Shown: positions 18,161 through 28,058 of the stretch, piece by piece
How the letters are laid out: each line of letters begins with the position of its first letter
How positions within the stretch are numbered: the stretch's first letter is position 1
Assembly (NCBI GenBank): GCA_964352085.1
Contig: CAYGPN010000001.1
Location: 95,823-159,822, forward strand
Reading direction: 5' to 3'
Length of the DNA: 64,000 bases
Origin: an uncultured Gammaproteobacteria bacterium
GTDB taxonomy: Bacteria; Cyanobacteriota; Vampirovibrionia; LMEP-6097; CAYGPN01
Notes under the pieces: model-generated
Seen by the model: the letters and a program-made list of their open reading frames with translations, nothing else
What the model was told of the DNA's origin: nothing
Database searches by the model: none
Made by a program: the position numbers and the translations under genes

Positions 18161-18961
18161 TTAATATAAAGGTCTTTTAACTACTTTTGATATTGACTCA
18201 ACGAAATCTTTCGTAATTTTGTCTGGGAGCTTGTACAGTATGCTTTGAACACCACCGGGATCTTCTCCGTTCTCCATTACAAGCATTAGATTTTCATGAA
18301 TTTTTTTAAAACCTCGGACAATACGTCCCCATGGTGAGCTTGCATCTTCATAAGGCTCTCTGGGTTTCATAGATAGCGTCGCTTGACGCTTCTCGCCAGG
18401 TGCACGTTCGTGGTATCCTAAGCCTTCTTTTAAAGAATCGGTAAAACCGTTCAAAAGAGTATCAATCCCTGTATCATTAGTCCAGCTATCTAAGAGTTTA
18501 CTTAAATCACTTAAAGTCCTTTGTGCTTTATTCTTAAAGTCTTCAATAGCTATTTCTTTTTTTCCAGAGTCATCAATCATTCTATCTAGGGATTCTTTAA
18601 ACCCTAGAACAAATTCCTTTAAATGTGAATATGCAGAATTAGACCTGTTTGAAGTATAGCTGGTATATGCATATTTCAAGCTTTCAAAAGTTCTTTCGGT
18701 TAAACCTTTTGTTATTCTATTTTGTCCAAGCTTTTCAAAAAAAGAACTCAAATATTTTATATTCTCTGAAGCAAAAGAATTTTCTATCCATCTTTTTCTT
18801 GTTTCTATAACTGAATCGTCTTGCTTTGAGCTGAAGCCACTTGATGCTTCTTGTTTATCTTTTGGATCATCTTTGTAGAAGCGCTTTCCATTCTTGAGAA
18901 AGACTGATTGTCTTTTGTATTCCTTTGGAAAATAACTCTCGTTTAGTTTCATCATAATCAT
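18161..18961 (-). CDS. hypothetical protein (266 aa)
   Basis: Its start overlaps the upstream ORF stop by 1 nt (TAATG). Third gene of a coupled operon. Confidence 0.75.
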   Translation of the reverse strand: MIMMKLNESYFPKEYKRQSVFLKNGKRFYKDDPKDKQEASSGFSSKQDDSVIETRKRWIENSFASENIKYLSSFFEKLGQNRITKGLTERTFESLKYAYTSYTSNRSNSAYSHLKEFVLGFKESLDRMIDDSGKKEIAIEDFKNKAQRTLSDLSKLLDSWTNDTGIDTLLNGFTDSLKEGLGYHERAPGEKRQATLSMKPREPYEDASSPWGRIVRGFKKIHENLMLVMENGEDPGGVQSILYKLPDKITKDFVESISKVVKRPLY

Positions 18962-19743
18962 TATACTTCTTTTGTCCTCATCTCCCTGTAATCTTCTCTT
19001 GCATTTATAATTTTCATGTTTTTACAGTAGACAGAAATTAGACTTTCTATAAAAAGCTGCTTTTGCTTTGAATCTAGTGAAAACCTCTCATTATCTATTA
19101 ACATAGATTTATGAAACTGATTAGGGTGAGTGTTAGACCAAATATAAAATAGATATTCACGTAAATTCAAATTCAAGTGATCATTTAAATCAATTCCATA
19201 ATCCCATGATTTTTGTGATTGTTCGTATGCCTCTTTTACTCTGATTAAGAGCTCCTGCCCGTAGCTTGTTAAGCCTTTGTCTTTAATCAGACCTATGCTC
19301 TCTTCGTATTCTTCACGAGGATCAACAAATATTTTGAAAATATTGTCTGCTTTAGCTGGGTCATTTTGTTTTAAATTAAACAGTGCATTTATAAAGATTT
19401 TGGATGATTGCTGTAAGTCTTTTATTTCTTCATCAGAGGCATCCACGCTATCCCATATAATTCCTAAAAGTCTTTCAGCTTCTTTTGTTAATTTATCTGA
19501 TAGCTGTTTATTGATTAGGGTTCTTAATTCTGGTATCTCTTTTGCTATCTCCTGAGCGCATTTATAGCTTGCAGCTTTAGCTTCACAGTCTATTTCAGTA
19601 GTTTTTTCATTTATTTGGCTTGCTAGTATTGAAGTGCCAGTTATTTCTGATTTTTGAATACCATCTTTTAATTCCTGGAGCTTTTCATTTGCGGAGCCAG
19701 AAATTTGATTAAAGTATTTTATAAAGATTTTTTCTAAATTCAT
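18961..19743 (-). CDS. hypothetical protein (260 aa) sharing an N-terminal domain with the 1014-aa protein
   Basis: ATGA start/stop overlap with the upstream ORF. Shared blocks with the 1014-aa protein: KLQELKDGI vs RLQEIRTGI, IPELRTLINKQLSDKLTKEAERLLG vs HPELTDKIYKRAVSDLNKTAQLLG, FINALFNLKQNDPAKADNIFKIF vs WLEAVFKLVKAGKQEEAKTIFANF. Confidence 0.8.
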   Translation of the reverse strand: MNLEKIFIKYFNQISGSANEKLQELKDGIQKSEITGTSILASQINEKTTEIDCEAKAASYKCAQEIAKEIPELRTLINKQLSDKLTKEAERLLGIIWDSVDASDEEIKDLQQSSKIFINALFNLKQNDPAKADNIFKIFVDPREEYEESIGLIKDKGLTSYGQELLIRVKEAYEQSQKSWDYGIDLNDHLNLNLREYLFYIWSNTHPNQFHKSMLIDNERFSLDSKQKQLFIESLISVYCKNMKIINAREDYREMRTKEV

Positions 19744-22700
19744 GGTAATTTAACTGTGAAGATCTTATTCTCACCCTTGGTATCGCTAGTAAATGTTATG
19801 AGGTCGCCTGACTTTAAATTTATAAAATCATTGTACTCATTAGCTTTATTTGAACTATTTTTAATTGGCGCTTTAACAAGATGTTTAATCCTTAAATCCT
19901 CTTCTGTAGGTAGCTGCTGAAGAACAACTCTGTTATCACCGATGAAATTCATACCAATTTTGTGCTCTACGCCGTACAGCTCTATTTCATGATTTTCAGC
20001 TGAGTTTTGACTATTATGTTCTTTTAGTAACTCAGTGCCATCTTCTTCTGTAAGTATTGTTGGGTGATAAGGGTAGCTTTGTCCTTGGAAGCTTGCTTTT
20101 ATAACTTTTTGATCTATTAAAGTTGCTTTACTCTCTTCCCCATCGATTCTAAATCTGTAATTACCATCACCAAGGTAGCTAAGGGTTCTATATTCATTAT
20201 CTCCACAGAGCATACTAGTATCTTTATCTGAAGAATCGTAGGGTATAGTGAAATCTATAAGTTCACTTTCAGCTTCTTTCTTTATAGTATATTTGCTGTT
20301 TTCACTTTTAATTAGAATCTTTCTTATTTTTGCATTTGAAATTATTTTATTTAGAGATTGTATAAAGTCTAATCTTAGTTTTAATTTAGGGCTAACTCTT
20401 CTTAAGAAGACTTGATGCGTAGGGTTATTTATATCAAGCTGATAATCGAAAATTGTGTTATCTGTTCTTATGCTTAGTTTATATTTTTTATCACTATCCA
20501 TTGGGCTTAATTCATAATAAGCCTTTTTCCTTCCATCGTTTGTCTGTAGAGTACCATGGTAACTACCTGCTATTAATTCTTTGTTCGTAACTTTAAGTGC
20601 ATTGGAAAACCTTAATACCCTTTCTACTTCTGTATTATAGTGGAAAATTTTATCGAATTGAAAGTTTTGGAACTTTGTGAAATTATCATCAGTGATCTGC
20701 ATATCCGAATCAGAGAGGCTTAATTTTAAGCTTGATGCTTGGTTAGTAGAGTATGAATTTATTATCCCTGATACAGGTTTAGGAAAATCACTTTTAATAC
20801 TAATCTGGCTTTCCGTTCTATTATCAGCTTGATTTTGATTTTTTACGGTTAATTCTGATTTTTCAAGTACTTTGTTTGGACCTATGAAAATAGGGCTGTG
20901 AGTCATTGCATAGAGCTCGTTCATTATTGCATCAAGGCGATTTGGATCACCTTTAAAAGCTACTGTTAGTTTTCTATGAAGTACTTCAAAAAATTGCTCT
21001 TCATTATCTGTAAGTTTAAACAGGTCCTCAATATTTTCAAGCTCAGATATTCCCCTGCCGATTAAGGTAAATAGTTTTGTGTTGGCAGCTATGTCTAGTT
21101 TTTCTAGTCTTTGATCAAATTCTGTATGAAATTCATTGGTGTTTATGCCAACTCTTATATATTTCCCATTTGTATTTTTATCTCTAGTCAGCTCAGAGCT
21201 TCCCATCCCTAGTTTTTCAAACTCTCTCGGTCCAATATATATTTTTTGCTTTTCTGAGTTGCCAATTTTTATTCTTATGTAACCCCCATCTTTTGGAACT
21301 TCTAAATTAAATTTTCTTGAGAATTTTGTGTAAGCCTGTCTTTTAACTTTAAGGAGTTCTAATAGTGTTATAAAGAGGTAAATTCTGTGAGCTTTCCTCT
21401 CACCAGTTGTTAATTTTGAGAGCTTTTCAATATTATCTCTAAAAAATATTTCAAAACTTTCTTTAGACTTCTTTGATTCTTCTTTTACTAAAGCTTGATT
21501 GTACGTTAAATTTTTACGAATCAGTAGGTCGCGTACCCGCTCATATGTTGTAACTTTTGCTATGCTGCTGTAAAATAAAGGCTTATCTTGTTTTTGTTCA
21601 TATTTTAGACCTATATTTGAAGCAATATGCTCTCCAGTTTCTTCTGGTGGATTAAACTGTTCTGGTCTCAACTCAGCTAAATCTATAAGTGAAAGGTAAT
21701 TAATATTCTTCCATTTTTTGAGTGGATCATGGCTTAGCTTTGTTCTAAGAATATTTATTTGGCTATCTTTTTTTGACAATTCAAGTGTGGTTTTCTGTTC
21801 ATTAAAATTGAGTCTTACTTGAAAAACATTTCCTACTCTATCTAAGCTTAAAGATAGTACTCTTGACTTATCGTTGGTCTTTAAGTTAGCCTGCATTCCA
21901 CCACTGTCTGTTTTTCTAACATCATCAATTGCAAGAGTGTTTAAAGCCATTAATGCACTTCTGTTCAATTCACCATCTATAGTAAATATTCCTGCAATTA
22001 ATTCGTCAAATAGCTTATTGTGAAAGTCGTTTATTGTAGTTGTGTCGGTTATCTTTATTTCTTGTATACCATCATTTATAGACATAGCCACTATCCCTCT
22101 TTCATTAGAGATGATTTTTGCGGGTTTAGTATATAGAATCGCTTCAGTGCTTGTGGTGTTAGTTGTTTTATCGTGTTTCTGTGATCTGAGCTCTCTGTTG
22201 TCTTCTCCTAAAATATTGTAGGTGGTTAAAAATTCTTGATCTCCAGTAACCCTGTGAGCAAAAGACATAAAACTTTGTAGCTCTTTTTCGTTATCATGAA
22301 AAGTATCTATTAGTAATTTAGCGAGTTTTCTATAGTCCCCATCTTCCTTTGCTGATTTAGTACTATTTGTAACTAACCTTTCTGTTATCTCATCACTGGC
22401 TTTTAGGAAATTTGCAAAAATAGTTTTAGCTTCTTCTTGCTTGCCAGCTTTAACTAGCTTGAAAACTGCTTCAAGCCAGCTATCAAATTTCATTTTTAAA
22501 GTGCTTTTCTCTTCTTCTGAATTTTTCTTTGAGCCTAGAAGTTGCGCTGTTTTATTAAGATCTGATACTGCTCTTTTGTAGATCTTGTCAGTTAATTCTG
22601 GGTGACTTTCATTCAGTGCCTTTATGCTTTCTGCAGCTATGGCATCTACGCTGATTGCTTCTAAGCTTCTATGAGCTTCAGTTAAATCTTTAATGTCACC

Positions 22701-22784
22701 ATTATTAATTCCAGTACGAATTTCTTGAAGCCTTTTACTAAAGGCTTTTGAGAAACTTTCGATAGTCCTAGCTATGTCTTTCAT
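19740..22784 (-). CDS. large hypothetical protein (1014 aa)
   Basis: A 3-kb ORF, 92 nt downstream of hipA on the same strand. No signal peptide, TM segment or catalytic motif recognised. Confidence 0.85.
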   Translation of the reverse strand: MKDIARTIESFSKAFSKRLQEIRTGINNGDIKDLTEAHRSLEAISVDAIAAESIKALNESHPELTDKIYKRAVSDLNKTAQLLGSKKNSEEEKSTLKMKFDSWLEAVFKLVKAGKQEEAKTIFANFLKASDEITERLVTNSTKSAKEDGDYRKLAKLLIDTFHDNEKELQSFMSFAHRVTGDQEFLTTYNILGEDNRELRSQKHDKTTNTTSTEAILYTKPAKIISNERGIVAMSINDGIQEIKITDTTTINDFHNKLFDELIAGIFTIDGELNRSALMALNTLAIDDVRKTDSGGMQANLKTNDKSRVLSLSLDRVGNVFQVRLNFNEQKTTLELSKKDSQINILRTKLSHDPLKKWKNINYLSLIDLAELRPEQFNPPEETGEHIASNIGLKYEQKQDKPLFYSSIAKVTTYERVRDLLIRKNLTYNQALVKEESKKSKESFEIFFRDNIEKLSKLTTGERKAHRIYLFITLLELLKVKRQAYTKFSRKFNLEVPKDGGYIRIKIGNSEKQKIYIGPREFEKLGMGSSELTRDKNTNGKYIRVGINTNEFHTEFDQRLEKLDIAANTKLFTLIGRGISELENIEDLFKLTDNEEQFFEVLHRKLTVAFKGDPNRLDAIMNELYAMTHSPIFIGPNKVLEKSELTVKNQNQADNRTESQISIKSDFPKPVSGIINSYSTNQASSLKLSLSDSDMQITDDNFTKFQNFQFDKIFHYNTEVERVLRFSNALKVTNKELIAGSYHGTLQTNDGRKKAYYELSPMDSDKKYKLSIRTDNTIFDYQLDINNPTHQVFLRRVSPKLKLRLDFIQSLNKIISNAKIRKILIKSENSKYTIKKEAESELIDFTIPYDSSDKDTSMLCGDNEYRTLSYLGDGNYRFRIDGEESKATLIDQKVIKASFQGQSYPYHPTILTEEDGTELLKEHNSQNSAENHEIELYGVEHKIGMNFIGDNRVVLQQLPTEEDLRIKHLVKAPIKNSSNKANEYNDFINLKSGDLITFTSDTKGENKIFTVKLP

Positions 22785-22876
22785 TTGACGTTTATAAATA
22801 TTAACATATCAATGTGTATCTACTTCATAGTATGTATAGAATCTAGTGTTTTCCCTGGTTGCCTGTGGCAAGTTCT

Positions 22877-24133
22877 CTACAAACCCAAAAGCAAATTGCT
22901 TTCTATCCATTTGATTTCTTTGTTTTGAACTTTAGCTTTTTTAGCATAAGCTTTGAACTGAGAGAAAACCTCGATGTTATGGTTTATGATTTCTTTTGCA
23001 TTTTTTATATGGAAGTTCTTTGCATAAATCATCAAATCCTCTCTAGTTATATCTTTTGATTTACCGTTTACTAGAAGGTTGTGTTCTTTAAGCCAAAAGT
23101 TCTCTGGGTTATAAGCAAAGTTTAAGTCATAAGCTGGTGCAAGAGACCATTTGGCGTCTTTGTTCATCAGAAATGAAAAGTTTTTACTATGGTCGTCATG
23201 ATTTCTGCCTACTACATTAAAGACCATTCTTCGAAATAATTCTTCTCTCTCTTTGTAAGAAAGTTTTAAAGGGTTTGTAATTCTAAATAAAGTCTCGTAG
23301 GAATGTACTCTTGCTTGATTGTAATCGAGGTGTGCTAGAGCGCAAAGAGTTTGCATGTGTAATTTCTCTCCAGAATCTTCTCTATCAAAACGCTTTGTGA
23401 TAAAGTGGCTTCTGCCATTCTCTTCTAATAAGCGCGATTCGCTTATTTCTATACCACAGTCTTTTGCAAGTAGATAGTAAGCATATTCAATGTTGGTATA
23501 GCCCATGGGCTTGCCTAGATTGTCTTCGCCAACTCCATCAAGCTTGATGATCCAATGCTCAAAATCTTCGTGATTAATTTGCCCAGAGTGAATTTCTCCA
23601 GTCTTAGGGTTCATAGCAATGATAGCTTTGGCTCTAGCGCCACCAGCTGACGAACCGATTTGAATAATATTATTTAAATCATCAGTTGAGCTTTTAAAGT
23701 TAACTCTTTCATTTAATATCTTTTGTGACAGATCTACAAGAGTCTTAATTTCAAGCTTTGAATTTGACTGAGTGTTATTTTGGTTTGGGGAAAATTCTAG
23801 AGCACCCATTGCTCTAGTACCCAAATAGCAAAGTCTATCTAGAGTAGATATTTGAGATAGAGATATTCCTTGACTGCTAAACCATGCATCAATCATTTGA
23901 TTACCATATTTATCCGGGAGCGAGTCTGCAAGCAGTCCTGGTAGTCCATGGTATGTGTCTGGGTTTAAATCAAAACTCCAGCTTTGATTTAAAGTTCTTG
24001 GCATCATAATTGGCGATAAATCATAAAGTAATGGAAACTTATCATCATATTCAAAGCTTAGAGTTTGAGAATTATTGTAAGCTGCATAGCCAACGATCTT
24101 CCCCCACATTTTGATTTCAATTTCACTAATCAT
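22877..24133 (-). CDS. hipA: HipA-family serine/threonine kinase toxin
   Basis: GSSAGGARAKA, RNHDDHSKNFSF and LAPAYDLN motifs. Overlaps hipB by 8 nt. Confidence 0.9.
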   Translation of the reverse strand: MISEIEIKMWGKIVGYAAYNNSQTLSFEYDDKFPLLYDLSPIMMPRTLNQSWSFDLNPDTYHGLPGLLADSLPDKYGNQMIDAWFSSQGISLSQISTLDRLCYLGTRAMGALEFSPNQNNTQSNSKLEIKTLVDLSQKILNERVNFKSSTDDLNNIIQIGSSAGGARAKAIIAMNPKTGEIHSGQINHEDFEHWIIKLDGVGEDNLGKPMGYTNIEYAYYLLAKDCGIEISESRLLEENGRSHFITKRFDREDSGEKLHMQTLCALAHLDYNQARVHSYETLFRITNPLKLSYKEREELFRRMVFNVVGRNHDDHSKNFSFLMNKDAKWSLAPAYDLNFAYNPENFWLKEHNLLVNGKSKDITREDLMIYAKNFHIKNAKEIINHNIEVFSQFKAYAKKAKVQNKEIKWIESNLLLGL

Positions 24134-24443
24134 TAGACTTACTCGCTCTTTGTCTTTCTTTCTTATTTCTGTTTTTATACTTTTCTTTTGGAGAAAAGTC
24201 TTTTGCTTCTAGTAATTTGTTTATTCTTTCGATGTCTCCAAAGAATCTTAGAATACGAATGAAGGTTTCTAGGTTAATGGCTTTGCCACTTTCAAAATTT
24301 TTAATGGTACGCTCACTAACACCTACTTCAAGTGCTAATTTTTCTTGGCTGATATCAGCTTTGAGGCGTCTTTTCTTTAGGCTCGCTCCAAGAACTCTTA
24401 AGATTTCAGCATCTGTTTGCCAAATGGTAATTGCCTGGTCCAC
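24126..24443 (-). CDS. hipB: XRE-family HTH antitoxin (HipB-like)
   Basis: ISQEKLALEVGVSERTIKNFESG is an HTH_XRE motif. GTG start, immediately upstream of and overlapping hipA. Confidence 0.8.
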   Translation of the reverse strand: MDQAITIWQTDAEILRVLGASLKKRRLKADISQEKLALEVGVSERTIKNFESGKAINLETFIRILRFFGDIERINKLLEAKDFSPKEKYKNRNKKERQRASKSND

Positions 24444-24556
24444 GTATATATTATACCCATAAAGGGCAAAATATTAGCTTTAATGGCTTGAAATTGATCT
24501 TAAAGGGTAAGATTTTGCCCCTTAAAAGGCTTGCGGGAAACTAACTATTAAAAACC

Positions 24557-25228
24557 CTAAAGCACACAACCAGCATCTGTGACTTTGTCTCTTAAATATT
24601 CTTCTCTATTTTCTGGAAGTGGGTGAGTACTAAAGTACTCCATGATTTTATGCGTCTTTTCTTTGCTGGATATTTTTTGGAAAAATTCTAGTTTGTTTGG
24701 TGATTTGCAGTAAAACTTATTCATTAATGAAACAGCAAAATGGTCTGCTTCTCTTTCTTTACTGCGGCTGTAATGGAGGTTGTGGAATTGATTCGCGCCA
24801 TCGTAGATATTGCTGTAGATAGTTTTCTTTTTAAAAACAAGTGCTTTAAATAAGCCTGTAATCCCAGTTCTAAAAATACTTTTATAAACATGGTGAGACT
24901 CTAGGTGCCCAAGTTCGTGAGCCATCACAAATGCTAGAGCAGCTTCATTTTCTAGGAAATTTATCAAGGCAGTGTTGACCACTATCTTATTACCTAAGCT
25001 TGCAAATGCATTGAGGTCTTCAGACTCAACAATTTGTAAGTCGTATTGGCTTATATCTTTGCCAATGCCTTTGGCAAACTTTTTTAGCATTTCACTTACG
25101 CTGTCTTTTTGTTCTTGGTTTACAGTGACTTTGATTTTATAAGGCTCAGTTTGCTCTTTCTTTGTTTCTTCAGCACTGGCTGAGTGAAAAGAGATAGATA
25201 AAGCTATGATGAAAAGATATTTAAACAC
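24557..25228 (-). CDS. secreted M48-family zinc metallopeptidase
   Basis: Signal peptide MFKYLFIIALSISFHSASA and HELGHLESHH (HExxH), with a downstream E (READHF). Confidence 0.8.
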   Translation of the reverse strand: MFKYLFIIALSISFHSASAEETKKEQTEPYKIKVTVNQEQKDSVSEMLKKFAKGIGKDISQYDLQIVESEDLNAFASLGNKIVVNTALINFLENEAALAFVMAHELGHLESHHVYKSIFRTGITGLFKALVFKKKTIYSNIYDGANQFHNLHYSRSKEREADHFAVSLMNKFYCKSPNKLEFFQKISSKEKTHKIMEYFSTHPLPENREEYLRDKVTDAGCVL

Positions 25229-25393
25229 GTAATAATACTAACATTTGAAAAGTGAAATTTAGCAAGTGCTAATACGAAATAGATCTTTATTTTCTGGGAA
25301 TAATAAGCATAGTTAGCTGATTTTCAGTTTATTTAAAAAATAAACTAGAATACTAACAGTGCTCATCAATTTGAGCATTTCTTATTTCAAGGC

Positions 25394-26110
25394 ATGGCAA
25401 AAAAGAAGCAACTCACAAAAGAAGAAATCAAAGAGACTTTAAAAATTACTAGCAAGACTAGTAATCGTGGAAGGGACATCGCGCAATTTATGCCGATAGT
25501 TGAAATGATCGCTCGTAAAGAATCTCAGTCTATTTCTAATCACGTTATTAGTTACGATGAGCTGGTTAATACTGGCTTGATTGCTGTTAATAAACTAATC
25601 ATCACAGCGAACTCTACAAAAGACACAGAGTACAACTCCAGTTACATTGCTCAGTCAGTTAAATGGGCAATGAAAGATGAAGTGAGATCTAGGCAGTCTT
25701 GGTTTGGAGTGAAGAAGACTGAGCCAATTGATAAAAAAGCTATTCAGAAAAAAGCTGATGCTAGTGAAACGACAGAAGTTAAGACTCTGGATGATGCTCG
25801 TAAGGCTGTTTTCGAGGTGATAATGTCTGTGGAGGGTTTGCATGAAGATGTGGGTTTTTCGCCTACTGATGAGTCACCTGAGCACCTTGAGCAATTAGAA
25901 CTAGTGGAAATGAAAGAGAACCTTATGAAGTCAGTGCATAAGCTTCCAGATAATTTACGTAGTGTTGTTGAAATGAGATTTTATAAAAATATGAGTGGTA
26001 ATGAAGTGGCTAAGGAGCTAGGTGTTACTCCTTCTAGAATTTCTCATATGATTAATGAGGCTGTTAAGAAGCTTAAAATTTCAATGGTCGCTGCTGGTTA
26101 TAAAGATTAG
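25394..26110 (+). CDS. RNA polymerase sigma factor, group 3 (FliA/SigF-like)
   Basis: Region 2-like segment YDELVNTGLIAVNKLI...YIAQSVKWAMKDEVR and region 4 HTH MSGNEVAKELGVTPSRISHMINEAVKKLK. Confidence 0.75.
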   Translation: MAKKKQLTKEEIKETLKITSKTSNRGRDIAQFMPIVEMIARKESQSISNHVISYDELVNTGLIAVNKLIITANSTKDTEYNSSYIAQSVKWAMKDEVRSRQSWFGVKKTEPIDKKAIQKKADASETTEVKTLDDARKAVFEVIMSVEGLHEDVGFSPTDESPEHLEQLELVEMKENLMKSVHKLPDNLRSVVEMRFYKNMSGNEVAKELGVTPSRISHMINEAVKKLKISMVAAGYKD

Positions 26111-26119
26111 GAGTAAATC

Positions 26120-27499
26120 GTGGTAGGCGGTCAAGGTGATGTCAGCGGCGTAGGAGGTTCTAAGGGACCTAAGATTACTCGCATTGACATTGGCAAACAA
26201 AAGCCCGGACAACAAGCCCAAGAGCAGCCTACAGCTCCTAAAAAGGGCGCTGAAACAGCGAGAGAAAACAAGACACACTTTACTAAGCCCTCTGCTTCTC
26301 AAGACACTCTAGCTGCTAATAAAACTGGAACAGAAACTACAGTAGATAAAAATAAAGCAGATAGTCAAAAGCAAGAAAATTTACAGAAAGATTCTAGGCA
26401 AACAGAAACTGGTCTTAAGAAAGATTATGAAATAAAAAATGTGGGTGTTGAAGCCTTTTTAAAATCGAGAAAAGCAAAAAGAAAAACTAAAGGTGGAAAA
26501 TCCAAAAAGCAAAGAGGCAACCCACCAAAACCAAATTTAAAAACCAGATTATCACCTAAAGGTGCAATTAACCCGAGGCGTCCTTTGCCAGCGATTCCAG
26601 GAAGACTCAAGTCTCTGACTCACATGAACCCTAAAGATCAGCTTCAAGAAGTTGTGAAATTTATGGAAGCTCAGCCAGCTTACCAAGATCCTAATCTTAT
26701 TGCTCAGTATGCAAAACAGCTTTTAGCTAAAGGTGCTGATGCTAATTCAGAGATTAATTCTTTTGGAAAAATGCTTGGGCTAAATGAATCTATAGCTAAT
26801 ATGGATCGTGAAACTATTATAGCGACTATTACAGGCGCGCTTGATAACAGTGATTTAGGTGACGAGCTTAAAGCCATGATTAATGATGTGCTTGGGCTTT
26901 TAGCGCAGCAAGAGATGCATCCACTTAAACCTCTAATTTTACTTTTTATGCCTTTCCCTTTCTCTTTGATGATGCAGGATTTGGATGAAGAGTTTTGGAT
27001 TGATGATGATGAGCTCTTTGAAGATGAAGAAGAGCCTGGTGAAGAAGGTGATGAGGAAGAAGAGTTTGAAGAAGGCTCAGAAGAAGAGCAGGAGCAGGTC
27101 TTTGATAAAGATTTTCATGCTGATGTAGAAGCGAGTATTTCTATTTCTACTTTAAATTACGGTAAAATGCACATTAATATTTCTCATGATGCTGAAGCTG
27201 ATAAGTTTAAAGTTTTACTTAAAGGTGATCCAATGGCTGCTGATCTTAGTTATGTGCTTGAAGCGGCTTTAGAAAATGCTATGGGAGAGAACTCTGAGCT
27301 CTTTCAGAAAGAAATGAAACATTGGCACGACAATGTTTTAAAAGTTACAGAATCTCGTTATTTAAAGATAGATTCTTCGGGGAAGATGAATGAAAAGTTT
27401 ATGCAGGCTTGTAACGTGATTTTAAATACTGTTGTTCAAAATGATCCTGAAAATGATAATGGCGGCGACATAGAGGCTGAATATAAGGTGATAGAGTAG
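26120..27499 (+). CDS. hypothetical protein with basic N-terminal half and poly-acidic tract (459 aa)
   Basis: GTG start 6 nt after AGGAG and 9 nt after the sigma gene stop. Contains a DDDELFEDEEEPGEEGDEEEEFEEGSEEEQEQ tract. Confidence 0.75.
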   Translation: MVGGQGDVSGVGGSKGPKITRIDIGKQKPGQQAQEQPTAPKKGAETARENKTHFTKPSASQDTLAANKTGTETTVDKNKADSQKQENLQKDSRQTETGLKKDYEIKNVGVEAFLKSRKAKRKTKGGKSKKQRGNPPKPNLKTRLSPKGAINPRRPLPAIPGRLKSLTHMNPKDQLQEVVKFMEAQPAYQDPNLIAQYAKQLLAKGADANSEINSFGKMLGLNESIANMDRETIIATITGALDNSDLGDELKAMINDVLGLLAQQEMHPLKPLILLFMPFPFSLMMQDLDEEFWIDDDELFEDEEEPGEEGDEEEEFEEGSEEEQEQVFDKDFHADVEASISISTLNYGKMHINISHDAEADKFKVLLKGDPMAADLSYVLEAALENAMGENSELFQKEMKHWHDNVLKVTESRYLKIDSSGKMNEKFMQACNVILNTVVQNDPENDNGGDIEAEYKVIE

Positions 27500-27503
27500 G
27501 TTA

Positions 27504-28058
27504 ATGACTAGTTTAGATAAGGAAAGTCAAAATCATTTGCGTTCTGTTGGCAGAATAGCTGGCTTTCACGGACTTAAAGGTGAAATTAAAATTTTCCCTT
27601 TGATGAATAATCCTGAGCATTTTAAAACTTTTAAAAAACTTTATCTCCAAGATAATGAAACAAATGAATATATTCTTCATGATATAGATAGCATTCGTAT
27701 TCATAAAACCATGGTGCTAGTTAAGCTTAAGGGCTATGAGGATAGAACCGCTGCTGAAGTTTTAAGTGGACAAGTATTTGTGCCTGGTGATGAGTTAGAA
27801 GATTTAAGTGAAGATGAGTTTTACATTGCTGATTTAATTGGGCTCAAAGTTGTGGATGAAGCGTCTAATCTAATAGGAGAAGTTATAGATTTTTCTGAAG
27901 ATGGACAAGAAAAGATTTTTATAAAAGTCGCTGCTGAACATAATCCTAAAAGAGATATGATAGTTCCTTTTGTTGATGAATTTATAGTATCTATCGAGAT
28001 GGATAAGAGCGAAATAAAAGTAAAAGCTATAGAGGGTTTATTGGAGCTTGCAAAATAA
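27504..28058 (+). CDS. rimM: 16S rRNA processing protein RimM
   Basis: VGRIAGFHGLKGEIKI plus a PRC-barrel-like C-terminus. Typical length. Confidence 0.85.
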   Translation: MTSLDKESQNHLRSVGRIAGFHGLKGEIKIFPLMNNPEHFKTFKKLYLQDNETNEYILHDIDSIRIHKTMVLVKLKGYEDRTAAEVLSGQVFVPGDELEDLSEDEFYIADLIGLKVVDEASNLIGEVIDFSEDGQEKIFIKVAAEHNPKRDMIVPFVDEFIVSIEMDKSEIKVKAIEGLLELAK

